Assembly (NCBI GenBank): GCA_907165135.1
Contig: OU015566.1
Span: 8,432,001 to 8,496,000 of the forward strand
DNA: 64,000 bases
Source of the DNA: Oikopleura dioica
Lineage: Eukaryota > Animalia > Chordata
Direction of reading: 5' to 3'
Part shown: piece by piece, positions 21,266 to 33,257 of the stretch
How positions within the stretch are numbered: position 1 is the stretch's first letter
How the letters are laid out: each line of letters opens with the position of its first letter
Notes under the pieces: model-generated
Seen by the model: the letters and a program-made list of their open reading frames with translations, nothing else
What the model was told of the DNA's origin: nothing
The model's database searches: none
Translations under genes and position numbers: made by a program

Positions 21266-24256
21266 CTATCTGATGAAATTGGTCTTGTGTCCCGTGTTAA
21301 AGGGTTGAGTTCGGTCTTTTGTCGGGCGATAACCCAGTCCCGAAACTGACACCAAGTCCAGCCATGTTGGCGGGGCCAGCGAAGCTGTCAAGCATGCCAA
21401 TCTAGCCAAAACTCCTCGACCAAAGCCTAAGCTGCACTGCTTGAAATCGCTCCTGTCGAACTTCTCGCACAGTGACGCCTCTCGAAGCTTCTCCGACTGC
21501 CGGATGTGTCTGTTAGAAAGGTGGCCCTTTCCCCACGAGACTAAGTCCCGTAGAATCTTCACTTTGCCTGGGGCGACCAGCTGATGGTAGTTCCAGACAA
21601 TTGCTCTATAGCCGCTTTCGGTTTCCCGAAAGTTTAACCTTTGCCAGCGGAATAGGCCGCGATTTTGGTCTTCTTCGACCAAAAGAAGAAGGACGGGGCA
21701 GTATTTGTTTAGCCCTTTCAGCTCTTCGAATTCTAGGGAGCCGAAGTTCTCTTCCCAGAGTGCTGATGGAGTCTCCTCCTTCAATTGAGGGTTAGTGACG
21801 AGGTCTAGCCATTTTTGTTGCGCTTCCATCGATGTGGCAATCAACACGAGGGGGTGACCCTTTGGTCTCGCCTTTGCGATCAATTTCACTAGAATCGCCG
21901 CTTCTGCTGGTTTGAATTCGCTTAGATCGTTAAGTAGCGATGTAGCTTTCTCGATCGACATGTAGGAGCCTTTCTTATTGTAAGGATGGTCTTTCTCCCA
22001 TAGAAACGACTCCTTTGCTGCGTCCGCATCGTTTCCAATCCACTGGAATAAGAGCTTCGATTTCTTCGCCGAGGGTACTCGGTGCATGAAAAGAAAACCG
22101 AATTTCTTCGGATCTAAATCATTTGGCTGCTGTACTGCTTTTAGCTCGTATGATTTGGCCATTCGTTCCAGATTTCTCCAGATCTCTCGGGGCTTCTCGC
22201 CGGTTTCACTGCATGCGACGAAAAGGTTATCCGCGACTATTTCGATCGTTTCCTTCAGTGAGCCCTCGGCCGGTTGTTTTGCCGTTTGCGCGGCATATTC
22301 TATCACCGCATGAAGTGGGTCTGAGATCGGCGCGTCGGGTCTTTTGTTGCAAGCTTTCACTGCAAAGTGTCCCACCGCCGCCGATTTGACTAGTCGGGTA
22401 GCTCTGGCTTTCCAGGCTCTGCTTCCTTCTGCTTCGACCTCCCAGAAATCTCTTGGGATTTGCCAAGCCAGGTCCGAGTCTGTGTTTCCGAGCGCGAACT
22501 CGCTGATCAGCGGGAACCACGGGTCCGGGATAAGCTGGAGCTTCGAGTGGTCCTTGCTCATGTTTTTCCTAGTTGCCTGTTCGTAGGAGAAGCGAGCTAT
22601 CTCGATCTGGTTGCCCGGAATCGAAGTACGAATGGTGTCCCAATCTCCGCTCATCAGAGGATTTCTTTCCCAAAAGGTCTCCCTTTGGCTGAGGATAGTC
22701 TCTTCCGCAGATTGGTAGATGGAATCGAACCAATCCTTGATCGCAACAGCTGTGAGTTTCACCTTCTTGAATCCCTCCAGCACTTCCTTGAACAGCGACA
22801 GGACTGGATCAGCCAGATCTTGCGTCGTCAGAGAGTAGTGGAATTCGAACGGTTTCCCGGACGTGTTCGTTTGTTTCTCCATTTTTGCCTGTCTCCAGTC
22901 CCTTGATCTGAACATCAGCTTTTCGCACAGGACTTTTTCGTTATTCCTGGTTTTCACCACTTTCTCCGCTAGCTTCGTGGCCAGCTGAGCTCTGAGCTTC
23001 ATCCTCCAGAAAGGGTGGCAAGCTGCCCCGAAGGGGATCAGACGGTAGTCTGTGGGCTCTAGGTATTTGTTGAGCCTGTCGAGACCGCAGGCGACTGCGT
23101 TGTTGAGAATTAACCTCATTTTGACTCCTTCGAAGTTCTCGTCGGCGTCTTTGGTCGGAAAGATCAGGTTCGCTCTGATTTCTTTCGCTTTTTCGAAGTC
23201 TTCTTTGTCTACCCATCTTTCCGTAGCCGCGGCGTTGGCTGCGATTGCTTCTACAAAGCCAATCGGGTCCTTTGATGAGTTTGGGACTGTATCGGTGATC
23301 GCCAAGATGTCAATTGCCGCGTAACCGACTAATCTCTCGAACCACCAATTCGGGTCTGGGCGCAATGTTCGCCTTTGCATGGCATCCGGAGTTGCCTCCA
23401 GGACTTTGCAGGTGACGTAAGTCCAGTAAGAGTCAGTTAGGATGGAGGTCATCAACATCTTGTGGATTGACCAACGTGGACCGAGTCTTGACCTGGGCAA
23501 CCAGGAGAACCAAGCTTCCATGAAAGCCTCTTGCTTTACGCCTAAGCCGTTTGAAGCTCCTCTAACTCGCTTGATGAATGACGGCTTCTTGCCCTTCACT
23601 GGCTCGGATGTGTATTTGATTCTGATGATCGACTCAGGGTCTTCTTTCAGGCAAGCGAACAGCTGGCAGTTTGAGAACTTCCTGCGGATGTTTTCTGCGG
23701 CATAGATCAGCTCCAAGTCTGACAAAGTTGTCCTCGCGTCTGGCCCTAGCTCAAATTGAACCAGATTCGATAGAGCTGTGCGCAGCTGCCTCGCTGAGGC
23801 ATCTTTCTTGATGAAAATCAAGAAGGGATTAAGTTCTGTCAGGGTATCCCCTGTTTCTGAGCTTTCCGATTTCACCCCATCATTATTCTGAGGCACCTTT
23901 GGCTCGAGGCTAACCAAGTTGAATTCTGATGCAAGCGCATACAGAAGACCTGGATCTCTCACTGGTTTAAAACCCCAGAAAGCGTTGACTTCCTCGATTA
24001 GATGGTCAGTGTTAACTACCACGAAAGCGGAAAGTGAAATAGGGATTACTCCCAAATTAGAGAGTAGGCCCACGTTGGATGCTGCCCAAGCCGCGGCTCT
24101 TGAGAAACCGGGGTCAGCATATGGGTCAAGTTGGCCTCTTGGTAACTGTATTTTATGGGTTTCCCCATTACGATTTACCGAGTCCCAGTTTCCTGGGTGC
24201 GGATCCGAAAACCCGTCCTGATAAATGTCCCTCAGTGACTCGGGGATGTCATACAT
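21266..24256 (-). CDS. Element ORF1, about 996 aa orphan from the first ATG
   Basis: Uninterrupted 3-kb ORF inside the element; no motif recognised. Confidence 0.85.
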   Translation of the reverse strand: MYDIPESLRDIYQDGFSDPHPGNWDSVNRNGETHKIQLPRGQLDPYADPGFSRAAAWAASNVGLLSNLGVIPISLSAFVVVNTDHLIEEVNAFWGFKPVRDPGLLYALASEFNLVSLEPKVPQNNDGVKSESSETGDTLTELNPFLIFIKKDASARQLRTALSNLVQFELGPDARTTLSDLELIYAAENIRRKFSNCQLFACLKEDPESIIRIKYTSEPVKGKKPSFIKRVRGASNGLGVKQEAFMEAWFSWLPRSRLGPRWSIHKMLMTSILTDSYWTYVTCKVLEATPDAMQRRTLRPDPNWWFERLVGYAAIDILAITDTVPNSSKDPIGFVEAIAANAAATERWVDKEDFEKAKEIRANLIFPTKDADENFEGVKMRLILNNAVACGLDRLNKYLEPTDYRLIPFGAACHPFWRMKLRAQLATKLAEKVVKTRNNEKVLCEKLMFRSRDWRQAKMEKQTNTSGKPFEFHYSLTTQDLADPVLSLFKEVLEGFKKVKLTAVAIKDWFDSIYQSAEETILSQRETFWERNPLMSGDWDTIRTSIPGNQIEIARFSYEQATRKNMSKDHSKLQLIPDPWFPLISEFALGNTDSDLAWQIPRDFWEVEAEGSRAWKARATRLVKSAAVGHFAVKACNKRPDAPISDPLHAVIEYAAQTAKQPAEGSLKETIEIVADNLFVACSETGEKPREIWRNLERMAKSYELKAVQQPNDLDPKKFGFLFMHRVPSAKKSKLLFQWIGNDADAAKESFLWEKDHPYNKKGSYMSIEKATSLLNDLSEFKPAEAAILVKLIAKARPKGHPLVLIATSMEAQQKWLDLVTNPQLKEETPSALWEENFGSLEFEELKGLNKYCPVLLLLVEEDQNRGLFRWQRLNFRETESGYRAIVWNYHQLVAPGKVKILRDLVSWGKGHLSNRHIRQSEKLREASLCEKFDRSDFKQCSLGFGRGVLARLACLTASLAPPTWLDLVSVSGLGYRPTKDRTQPFNTGHKTNFIR

Positions 24257-24300
24257 TGCAGCTGTCGAGCTTTCTCTTTTCAATATTTTTTAAATCTCTA

Positions 24301-24435
24301 TTTTTATAGAAAAAAGGGAACAATTATCTCAGCCGAAAGAGTTAGAGAGATTCTGACGCTTTGAATTTACGTCAAGCTCAGCGCGGCTCCTGCGCCGCTA
24401 ATGATTGGCGGCGGATGATCCCCTCAGGGCACGTG
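24301..24435 (-). promoter_or_regulatory. TATA-type promoter-like region for ORF1
   Basis: Minus strand: CACGTG 24430-24435, CCAAT 24404-24408, TGACGT 24369-24374, TATAAAAA 24301-24308, about 45 nt before the ATG at 24256. Confidence 0.55.
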
Positions 24436-24824
24436 TGCGTAGGCGGCGCGCGGCCGTCTCAATCTCGGTAGAAATGGATCACGAGAAGCTCGCTGTAGAG
24501 CTAAACAGGGTGCTCCGGGTGAAAACTCGTGAAACAAATCACCATTTATCGGGGAGACCCGATTATGGGAAAAATTTTCTCTGCGAAACGAAGTTGCGAG
24601 AGGAAATGCGTGAGCATCCCCAAATACGGCTCAGTACACCGGTAAACCGGGACGGAAAGCCTTTCTCAGCGAAAGCCGGAGCTTGCGAGAGGACCCAGAC
24701 CATTTAGGATTTACAGAGCCCCTGAAAAAAACATCTGGAGACTAAGGTCAGCCAGATGCAGAAAAAACCTCTCCAGACTGAACCTGAAGGGTTGATCGCG
24801 ACTAGTCTCCTTACTGAGTAAAGA

Positions 24825-25069
24825 GCTAGAATAAAATAAAATTAAAAAGCTAAGCTACGGTGGTCGTATCGGATAAATCCGAGAAATCGGCCTCACCGAG
24901 CGTGCTTTTTACGCGAATGAGATTTTCGACTCGCGCCGCGCCCACGGGCACAACAATTCTAGAGACAAAACTGCAAAACATGGGTGTCGCGCACTAAGCG
25001 TCACCTTCCCAGGATCTCAACAACAACGAGGCTTGCAACATTTGGTCACCCAGATTTTTGGTCAGGTCT
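24825..25069 (-). repeat. 5' terminal repeat A1 (245 bp)
   Basis: Identical to 6962-7206; contains the perfect hairpin tcgga-taaa-tccga within a longer stem. Confidence 0.97.
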
Positions 25070-26060
25070 TGCCAACAAAATCAGACGATTCTTATTCTCC
25101 ATTGAAGAGACTGGCGAAATGGAGAGAAGAGCGGAAATCGACGAAGACAAACTTTATGTATTCATCAATTCGACGAGCTTCTTCTCGGATGTTATAGAAC
25201 TCTCGGACCAACTGGAATCGATGTTGAAAGACATGTCGAAGCTATCGGGAACAGAAACGTCCGTTGTTGGCGATTCAGAGAACCTTTTCCGTTTTTGTCG
25301 AAGTTTTACGATGTCGGAGAATCAACGAGAGTCTTTGCTGAGCATTTGTGTTCTCTTGGACAAATATTTCGCCGATGCGTTTCCATATTATCAGATCAAC
25401 TACTCGCCCGTCGCCGTTGGTTTTCTATCGCAGTTCCTTTATCAGTCCTTTATTATGGCCAGGTACTCGTAGAAAATAGGGATTCGATAACTTTTTCTTT
25501 AGAACAGCGAGAATGACAATGAATCCAGCGCTTGCAATCATGCTTGGTTTCGTCGCGATTCTTCCAACAACTGCGATAATGTGCCAATATGCGCGAGGTG
25601 CTCTTTTCTCTCGTTACGAAGAAAATAAACGACGCATGCTTCACTGGTACATTGATCACATGCCTGTCCAAGAGGTCAAGGTAATGATCTATTCTTTCGG
25701 GTTCCTTATGTGATGGAAAGGCAATTCCTTTTTAGGGTCTTTTGACGCATTGCTACCGAGTTGAAGACAGAAAAGTCGCCAACAAGGGTCTTTTCAATGA
25801 GCCAGAAGGTTCTCTTGATTTGTCAATTCCAACCGAATTCGTCTTGACCTTTCCAAGCTCACCGTTTATGCTCAAACCTAGCCAGGAATTTTATCAAAGG
25901 TACTTCTAGATTCATCTGCTCGAATGTCCTTTGCAATGTTCTTTTCAGTGTGATAACGCATTGCATCGATAGATTAGTTGCTGCTGGAGAAAGTATAGAA
26001 CCAGATCCGTATGAAGTTTACAAGGATGATGAAGGCTTTGATTATGTTTATGTTGCTTAA
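25070..26060 (+). pseudogene. 3' half of the interrupted host gene
   Basis: Frame resumes ANKIRRFLFSIEETG..., then spliced exons (hydrophobic PALAIMLGFVAILPTTAIM) ending ...FDYVYVA*. Confidence 0.7.
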
Positions 26061-26130
26061 TTGATAAAAAATTCTGTATTCGACTTTTCTCATTTCCTGA
26101 ATGAATTTTATCATTCGATTTCTTCAGAAT

Positions 26131-29024
26131 ATGCCGTCGGAACGGCCAGACAGCCGAGCGACAAACGGAAGTGATGCGAGCACTGTCCCAGAAGAGTCAA
26201 GATGGATGGAAACCATGATTTCCATGATGTCAAAGGTTGACGATATCTTGGCAACAGTTGGAACTACAGATGCTGTTGCCCTCCCTCAAATCGTCGCCAT
26301 CGGAAGTCAAAGTAGCGGCAAAAGTTCTGTTTTGGAAAATATCGTTGGTCGAGAGTTTCTCCCTCGAAGTAATGGAATTTGCACCAGACGACCGCTGAAA
26401 GTAGAGCTTATTCGAACAGGTACTCATTTAATCACCGCGGATTTTAATAAAAATTCAAGAAAACGAAGAAGTCGTCGATGGAGAAACCTACAGTCAATGG
26501 GCTACATTCCTACACAAGCCAGGGCAGATCTTTGTCGACATGGAAGAAGTAAAGATGGAAATCATCGCCGAAACAGAACGCGAATGTGGCTCGAATAAAG
26601 CTGTTTCGGCAAAACCTATCTCGTTAAAATACTTCTCTCCTGATGTTCTTTCGTTAACGATCGTAGATCTACCTGGAATAACAAGGGTTCCTGTAGGAGA
26701 TCAGCCTCATGATATTGGTAAGAAAACGCTTGCCTTCATCAGCCATAAATTTGCTCCCAGAGGAGCAGATCAGAAACATGATCATGAAGTACATCGAGCC
26801 AAAGAACACGCTGATCCTTGCCGTAACTCCTGCCAATACAGACTTCGCTACATCGGATGCTATCGACCTAGCCCGGAGAGTAGACCCAGATAGTCAGCGG
26901 ACTTTGGCTGTTGTCACCAAAGTGGACATCATGGATCATGGAACAGACGCTATGGATATCTTGTGTGGCAGAATACTCCCTGTTAACCTAGGTCTACTAA
27001 ATTCACTCAATCAAAAAATCATCGTCTATTTTAGGAATCATCGGAGTTGTGTGCCGTTCTCAAGCAGATTTGAACTCGAACAAATCAATCGAAAAAGCTT
27101 TCGAAAAAGAACGAAAATTCTTCACGAAGAAATACCCATCCCTTGCATCCCGCTCGGGTACAACTTACCTCAAAAAGAGACTCGCTACGCTTCTTGCTTC
27201 GCATATTCGAGATTGCCTACCAGATATTAACATGAAGATAAATATCCTGAAACGACAGTTTAAGGTGTGACGTTTGTTAGAGTCGTTTTTTTAATGCCGA
27301 ATTTTTTAAGCATCAATTAGCTGGTTGCGGTAAGCCCATCGACGATCCTACTGCGACGATTCTGGATCTTCTGACTAAATTTGCTGTTGACTATAAGGTG
27401 AACCTTTCTATAGAAGCAGTCAACTAACTCTTTGCTAAGGCTGCTATTGATGGAACTGGCAACGTTGTTCTCCAAGAACTCTCTGGAGGCGCTCGAATCA
27501 ATTATATTTTCCACGAGACTTTCGGACGTAAGACTTTCTTTATCTTTCTTCGACTATTTATAAATGTAGGGACACTCGAAAATGTACAGCCCTTGGACGG
27601 CCTCAGCCGCTTGGAAGTGCTCACTGCCATAAAAACTCTACCGGTCCAAGAACGGCTGTTTTCGTCCCAGACGCCAGCTTTGAGTCTCTCGTCATGAAAC
27701 AGATTGCTAGACTGGAAGAACCCTCCATCAGGTTTTCTCCATTTAGTTTCTTTCTTTATTATTTCTTCGTTGTAGATGTGTTGAACTCGTTCACGAAGAG
27801 CTCGAAAGAATAATCTTGCATTGTATAACGAAGGAATACATGCGATTCCCAAAGCTTGTTGAGCGATTGAAAGAAGTTGTTTCAGAAAAGGTTATTTGTA
27901 AAATTTTAGAAATATCTTCATCTTGAAATTCAGATAGCAGACCGAATGGGCCCAACCAAGCAATTCATCGAAGATCTTATTCAAAATGAGCTTGCATACA
28001 TAAACACAAAGCATCCTGATTTCGCAGACGCGCGCCAACAAGTGAGTTCTAAAATAAAACCATGTTTTTTACATCTTTGAAAGGCCTGCAGCAATCTTCT
28101 TGGACATACAACTGCTGAAAGTTACCAGGATGCTAGGTCTGAAGTAGCTCAGCACAGGCAGCTTTCCAAGATGGCGATTGAAAATGGAAAAGAAACCGGC
28201 TCTATTAGCGAGGGTCCCTCATCCGCTTCCCTACCTCCAGCTATTTCCGACGGCAGAGGGGATTTCACACCTCGTACAACCTCAAAGCGCGAAAAAATGA
28301 ACCCAAAGGTACTTTAATTTCTCAGATTAAAAATCGTGGAGAGAAAATTAATTTTTTGATGGATAGAATTATAAAATTTGCTGGTCAATGTCCGAAGCAT
28401 CCATCGGTGGAATTTCAGATGTTTCTGAGGCTATTCCAGACACGGAAAAGAGCTTTGTTACTAACTCAGTTGCGCCAACAAAGGGATTTTCGGTCCGGGT
28501 TCCGACTGTTGTTGCTGCGCGAAATAAAGTTCAAAGAGAGCAAAGCGGCAATCCTAAGCTTTCTATGAGGGTATTTTTAATTTTAACAGTTACCGGTTAA
28601 AATGACAGTTATCTTCACCCATTTATTCGCGAAAATTTCTTGAAAGCCATCGTTCGAATCAATTTATTTCAGGAGAAAAGAGAGTGCGAAGTTGTTGAGC
28701 GTCTAATCAAAACTTATTTCTTCATCGTTCGCAAAAACATTCAAGACAGCGTGCCAAAAGCTGTCATGAACTTTTTGGTCAACAATGTGAAGGATAAGCT
28801 CAACAGCTTTCTTATCAACCGGCTTTACAAGGTACACTTCAAGTTATTCCACGATGTATTTCTTATTTTTATGATCATAGGCAGAAGATGCCGAAATGCT
28901 CTTGTCAGAGTCCGAGTCTGTCGCCGAACATCGGCGCGAGTACCAACTCATGCTTGACGCCTATGACAAAGCCTCAAAACTGCTCACTGAAGTGCGCGAT
29001 TCACCCGACTACGCCCTTTTCTAA
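26131..29024 (+). CDS. DNM1L: Dynamin-related protein 1 (Drp1), multi-exon
   Basis: [46 protein letters not shown], middle domain [12 protein letters not shown]-like segment, [36 protein letters not shown]; apparent 1-nt loss in the A-run at 27631-27635. Confidence 0.93.
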
Positions 29025-29336
29025 AAAAGCATCGATCACTTCTTTGCTCTATTTATTCCCAATTTTTGCCTAGCGTTTTCACACAGTCTCAAAACTCGTA
29101 AAGGAGCCCAACCTATTTTTATTGCGAATAGGTTCACAAAAATTCATTCAAAAAAGAAAAAAATCTATCTGTTCAAAAAAAAGACTCTTATTGTTATCTT
29201 TTGTTAAAAGTCACAAAGATCGTTCTTCACTGATGACAACATTAGCACATGTCAATTACTGCAAACTATCTTCAACGTCAAGAAATAAACACACGCCCTC
29301 ACAACCCAATCTTCATAACTTTCAAGCTGTTTTAGA

Positions 29337-31447
29337 ATGGTTATCCTGAAAACAGAGTTCAAAGGCGACCGGAGAAATATTCCTCTGGCAAACGAGCAGC
29401 TTACCTTTGATGATTTACTACTCATGCTCTGCAGGTATTCTTTTCCCTGTATTCTTATATTGTTAATCAAGAAAAATTTAGGATTTACTCAGCAGATATT
29501 GGAGACGATGATGTCGTAAAGTACCTTGACTCTGAAAATGACTGGATTACGATGAACGACACTAATGATCTCAGCTTTGCGATCCAGGTTTTCAAAATCA
29601 GCGCTTCAGTGAGCTCAATCGACTTTTAGTTGGCCCAAGATGACGGAAGAAAGTTCTTGAAGATTAAAGTCGGTGGTGGAAGCTCCGATGTTCCAGAAGA
29701 TGTTCTCGCTGATTTACGATCTATTCGTGATGGGGCGATCGGACTGATAGGGACTTGTAACAAATATTTGAGGAAATGTAAGTGGTTCTTGATGTGGACC
29801 AGGGAACGCTTACCAGATTCGATTTATCAAATCTCCTTTATTTTCATTTTTCCCGCTGATTTCTTTGCCGCTTGTTGAGCATGGAGTTTTGGGTAGTCAG
29901 AAATCATAGACAGCTCACAAGATTTTTCTCGCACTCACAATTCTGAAGTTGAAGTCACTCTAAATATGATCGACAACAGAACTTGTATTCGTATTGCTTG
30001 AGACAACGCATTTATTCACCGTGATTGGCATGATCATTTATCATTTATCAATTTTGTCAATTTTGGTTATGAACTCATATTTGTTAACATGATTAAAGAT
30101 CGTCTCACTGGTGCAAATAGCTCAAAGTCCTCTGCATCCGAAAGTCTTCCCGTTGTTGCTCCAGAAAGTGTACCCAAACAAGAAGTTGCCGAGCAATCAT
30201 CGGTCCTGGAATCAACTCCCCAGCCGGAGCCTGAGAAGCCAGAAGTTTCTGAATTTGATCCTTACAACCGTAAGTTCTATTAATAATCTGGTGAATTGAA
30301 TCTTCGTCATAGAAACTTCTGTCGATCGACCATCGTCCCAAGCCTCCTTCGCCCCTTCCACAGCCTCTTCTTTCCAGCAACAACAGCAGCAGGCTCCACC
30401 AACTCCCCAAGCTCCAACGGCTCAAGTTCCAGAGCCAACTCCAGTCCAAGCCGAAGTTCCAGCGCCCGTTCCAGTTGCCCCTTCTCAGTCTACTCTTGAA
30501 AGCTCTTTTGCCGATACTTCCAGCGCGCAAAGGTATCAAATTATAACTTAACTTTTTATTAAAAAATATTCAGTTTCTTTCAGCCATCAAACTAGTAAGA
30601 CACGCGTGCTTTCTCGTCGCAAATCATTTTATGTTTTTAATTTATCTAACCATTTATCAAGAATTCTCGCGATTTTCACTTTCTCTGAACCATCTTAATC
30701 ATATTTTTAGTTTTGAGCCAACTCCTGCACAGACAAACTCTAATCCGTATGCAGCATTCAATTCATCCGCAAACTCGTCCTCAGCCCCTTCCCCTTTCCC
30801 CGGCGGTGACAACCAAAACTCTCTTCATGGTCAACCCCAAGCGTCTTCACAAGCATCTGCATTTCCACCTTCTCAAGTTCAACAAATTCCACAGTCCGTT
30901 GTCGCTCCTCCTAAGGCTCAGCCAGTAGAGAATCAAGCAAAGCCTCCTCAAGCAGCGCCAACTCCTGTTCAGCCTCCAGCTTCTGGAGCAGGGGCGTACT
31001 TCTACGGACAAGAAGCTGCTAAGCAACAAACACCCGTTTCTCAACAGCAGCAACAACCCCCGGCAGTGAGCCAACAGCAACAATTGTATCAGCAACAACA
31101 ACAAGCGTACCAGCAACAAGTAAGAACTAATTTTCACGAGTCAAACTCACGTGTTCTTTCAGTATCAACAGTACTATGCTCAGCAACAGCAGCAGCAACA
31201 ACAGCAACAACAAAATGGTTATCCACAGGCTTCCCAAGCGCAACAACAGCCAAATATGGGATATCAGCAGCAATACGCTGCTCCACAAGCTTCGGCCGGA
31301 CCCCCACCATCTGCAGCACCTCCATCAGGACCACCAATGGTAATAATTATTTTGATTTCCATCTTCTTACAGTCTTAGGGCGCCCCTGCCGGTGGATACA
31401 GACTAAACCGAGGCTCAAGAAACGTACGACCCGGCTATCCGCAATAA
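29337..31447 (+). CDS. TFG: TFG (TRK-fused gene): PB1 domain, coiled coil, Q/P-rich tail
   Basis: MVILKTEFKGDRRNIPLANEQLTFDDLLLMLCR and KYLDSENDWITMNDTNDLSFAIQ match the TFG PB1 domain; EFDP motif; Q-rich C-terminus. Confidence 0.85.
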
Positions 31448-31734
31448 GAAATATCTGCTGAAAGTTTCAAGAACAATAAAAAATCTCGCTGCAAAATTTA
31501 GGAAATTTTAAATTATTATTGGTGAAACTGAAAATCCTGCATTCAACCTCCTTAGCTACCATTCGAAAAGCTCTTCATGATAATTCTACGTTCATTTTTC
31601 TTTCAAAAAACATAACTTTCTGTAACATACATAAATAAGTCCAATTTACCCGCTAAGTTTTCCGTAAAAATTACCGTCATCAGACTCATTTTTTTAGAAG
31701 GAAAAGAGGCTTAGAAAGAAGAAAATCCTTGAAA

Positions 31735-32681
31735 ATGGCGAGTGAGCGTGTCATAATGACCTCTACTACCTCATCTTCTCTAAATGACCGCTTCACTCGC
31801 ATCATGAAGACAAGGAAGACTCAAGTGAAAGAGCCGGTGACCCGAAACATTCGTGTTGACGAACGAGGAATTGCGGGAACAGTCTCACGAATGCGCTCAA
31901 ACATGAGCTCTCGTCAACCACGATCAGTCATCGCTGGAGGATACAAATACCCAGCTCGGAATACTGTTTCTCGTGCTCAACAGTACAAAAACACTGTAAG
32001 TTAACCCTTCGACAGATAAGTCGATTAACTTAACATTCAAGCGACGTACAAGCGTCCATCATCGAGTCGGGCGAAAGAACTTTCCTGACCGAATTCCCTT
32101 CGCTCGAAGAATGAATGGAAGGGTCCAGAAAAGACAGTACAAGTCTTTCTGGGATCGGAATCGCCAGGAAAACTGTGAGTTTCACTAATTTTGAAATATT
32201 TTTTAAATTTTCATTCAAGATCCCAGAGAAAGCAGATCCAGAAGATCTTCTGGACGATTCGTGAATCCACTGGACCGATTCACGCCAGAACCTAGCAGAA
32301 AATTCAATGAAATGCGATCACGACAGGGTTTCCGACCTTCTCAAGCAGCCGGCTTCCGTTTCAAACGTACGATAAACCCTTTATATCAAGCAATATTTTA
32401 TTATTCAGGAAACAACAACCGAATCAATGGAAAGTACGGCAACTACGGCCGAACGAATCGCCGCCAGCTTGATCGCGAATTAGAAGGATACATGCAGAAA
32501 TCTGCAAAGTATAATCGGGCCAGACTGGACGAGGAAATGGATCAGTACATGAGCGGAACAAAGGCTTATTTGGATAAGCAGATGGACGAGTACATGTCCG
32601 CTAAGAAAAAGGTATAATCACACAATGGCTCCTGAGTTCAAAAATATTCTCTTTCAGAACACTGCTATCCAAGGAATCTAA
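31735..32681 (+). CDS. CHTOP: Chromatin target of PRMT1 (FOP)
   Basis: N-terminal TSTTSSSLNDRF; C-terminal FoP duplication LDRELEGYM...LDEEMDQYMSGTKAYLDKQMDEYM. Confidence 0.85.
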
Positions 32682-33257
32682 TGGAACTTGTGCTAATCGA
32701 CCCGATCTCACTTTCAAAACTGCCTTTAGCAATCGCCCAACTCCCGTTCTCTCTTCCTGAAATTACTTTATGTGATCCCGTTTTTCCAGTTTTCAACCCC
32801 TAGCCCTATTGTTGGGCTGTCTCTGATTTGGACTCAAGAAACATGATTTTCTCATTTGAGGATCGAAAACTAGCAGTAATCATTTTAAAAGTTTACACTT
32901 CCTTTTTCGATTGAAACAAAAGCTCACTCGACTGAAGTCTCTTGTGCTAACCCTTATACCTACACCCTTCATGCAGACGACCGGTCCATCTTCAACCATT
33001 TCTATTCAATTGCTGCAATTTGTTCCGACATTTTCTGAGTTGTGGCGAACTCCCATTTAATTTTTCAACATTTATTTTCAAAGAATAACTCAAACATAAT
33101 CCTTGTCTGAGTTGTAGAAAAACACAAAAATGCTGTAGTGTGTATAATTATTATTTTTAATTGCTTTCTAAAGCTGTAGCCTCTTTGTAAAAATTGTCCA
33201 GCTCACTTATAAGTTAACAGTATTTCGAAGCACTTAAATAAATATTTTTTTGCAGAT

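Larger units (their letters stand above)
6745..25069 (-). mobile_element. Giant (18,325 bp) tyrosine-recombinase retrotransposon with split direct repeats (DIRS order, PAT/TOC1-like architecture)
   Basis: YR, RT, RNase H and DIRS-type methyltransferase motifs all on the minus strand; repeats in order A1...B1-A2-unique-B2; excision restores the host reading frame with no TSD. Confidence 0.93.
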
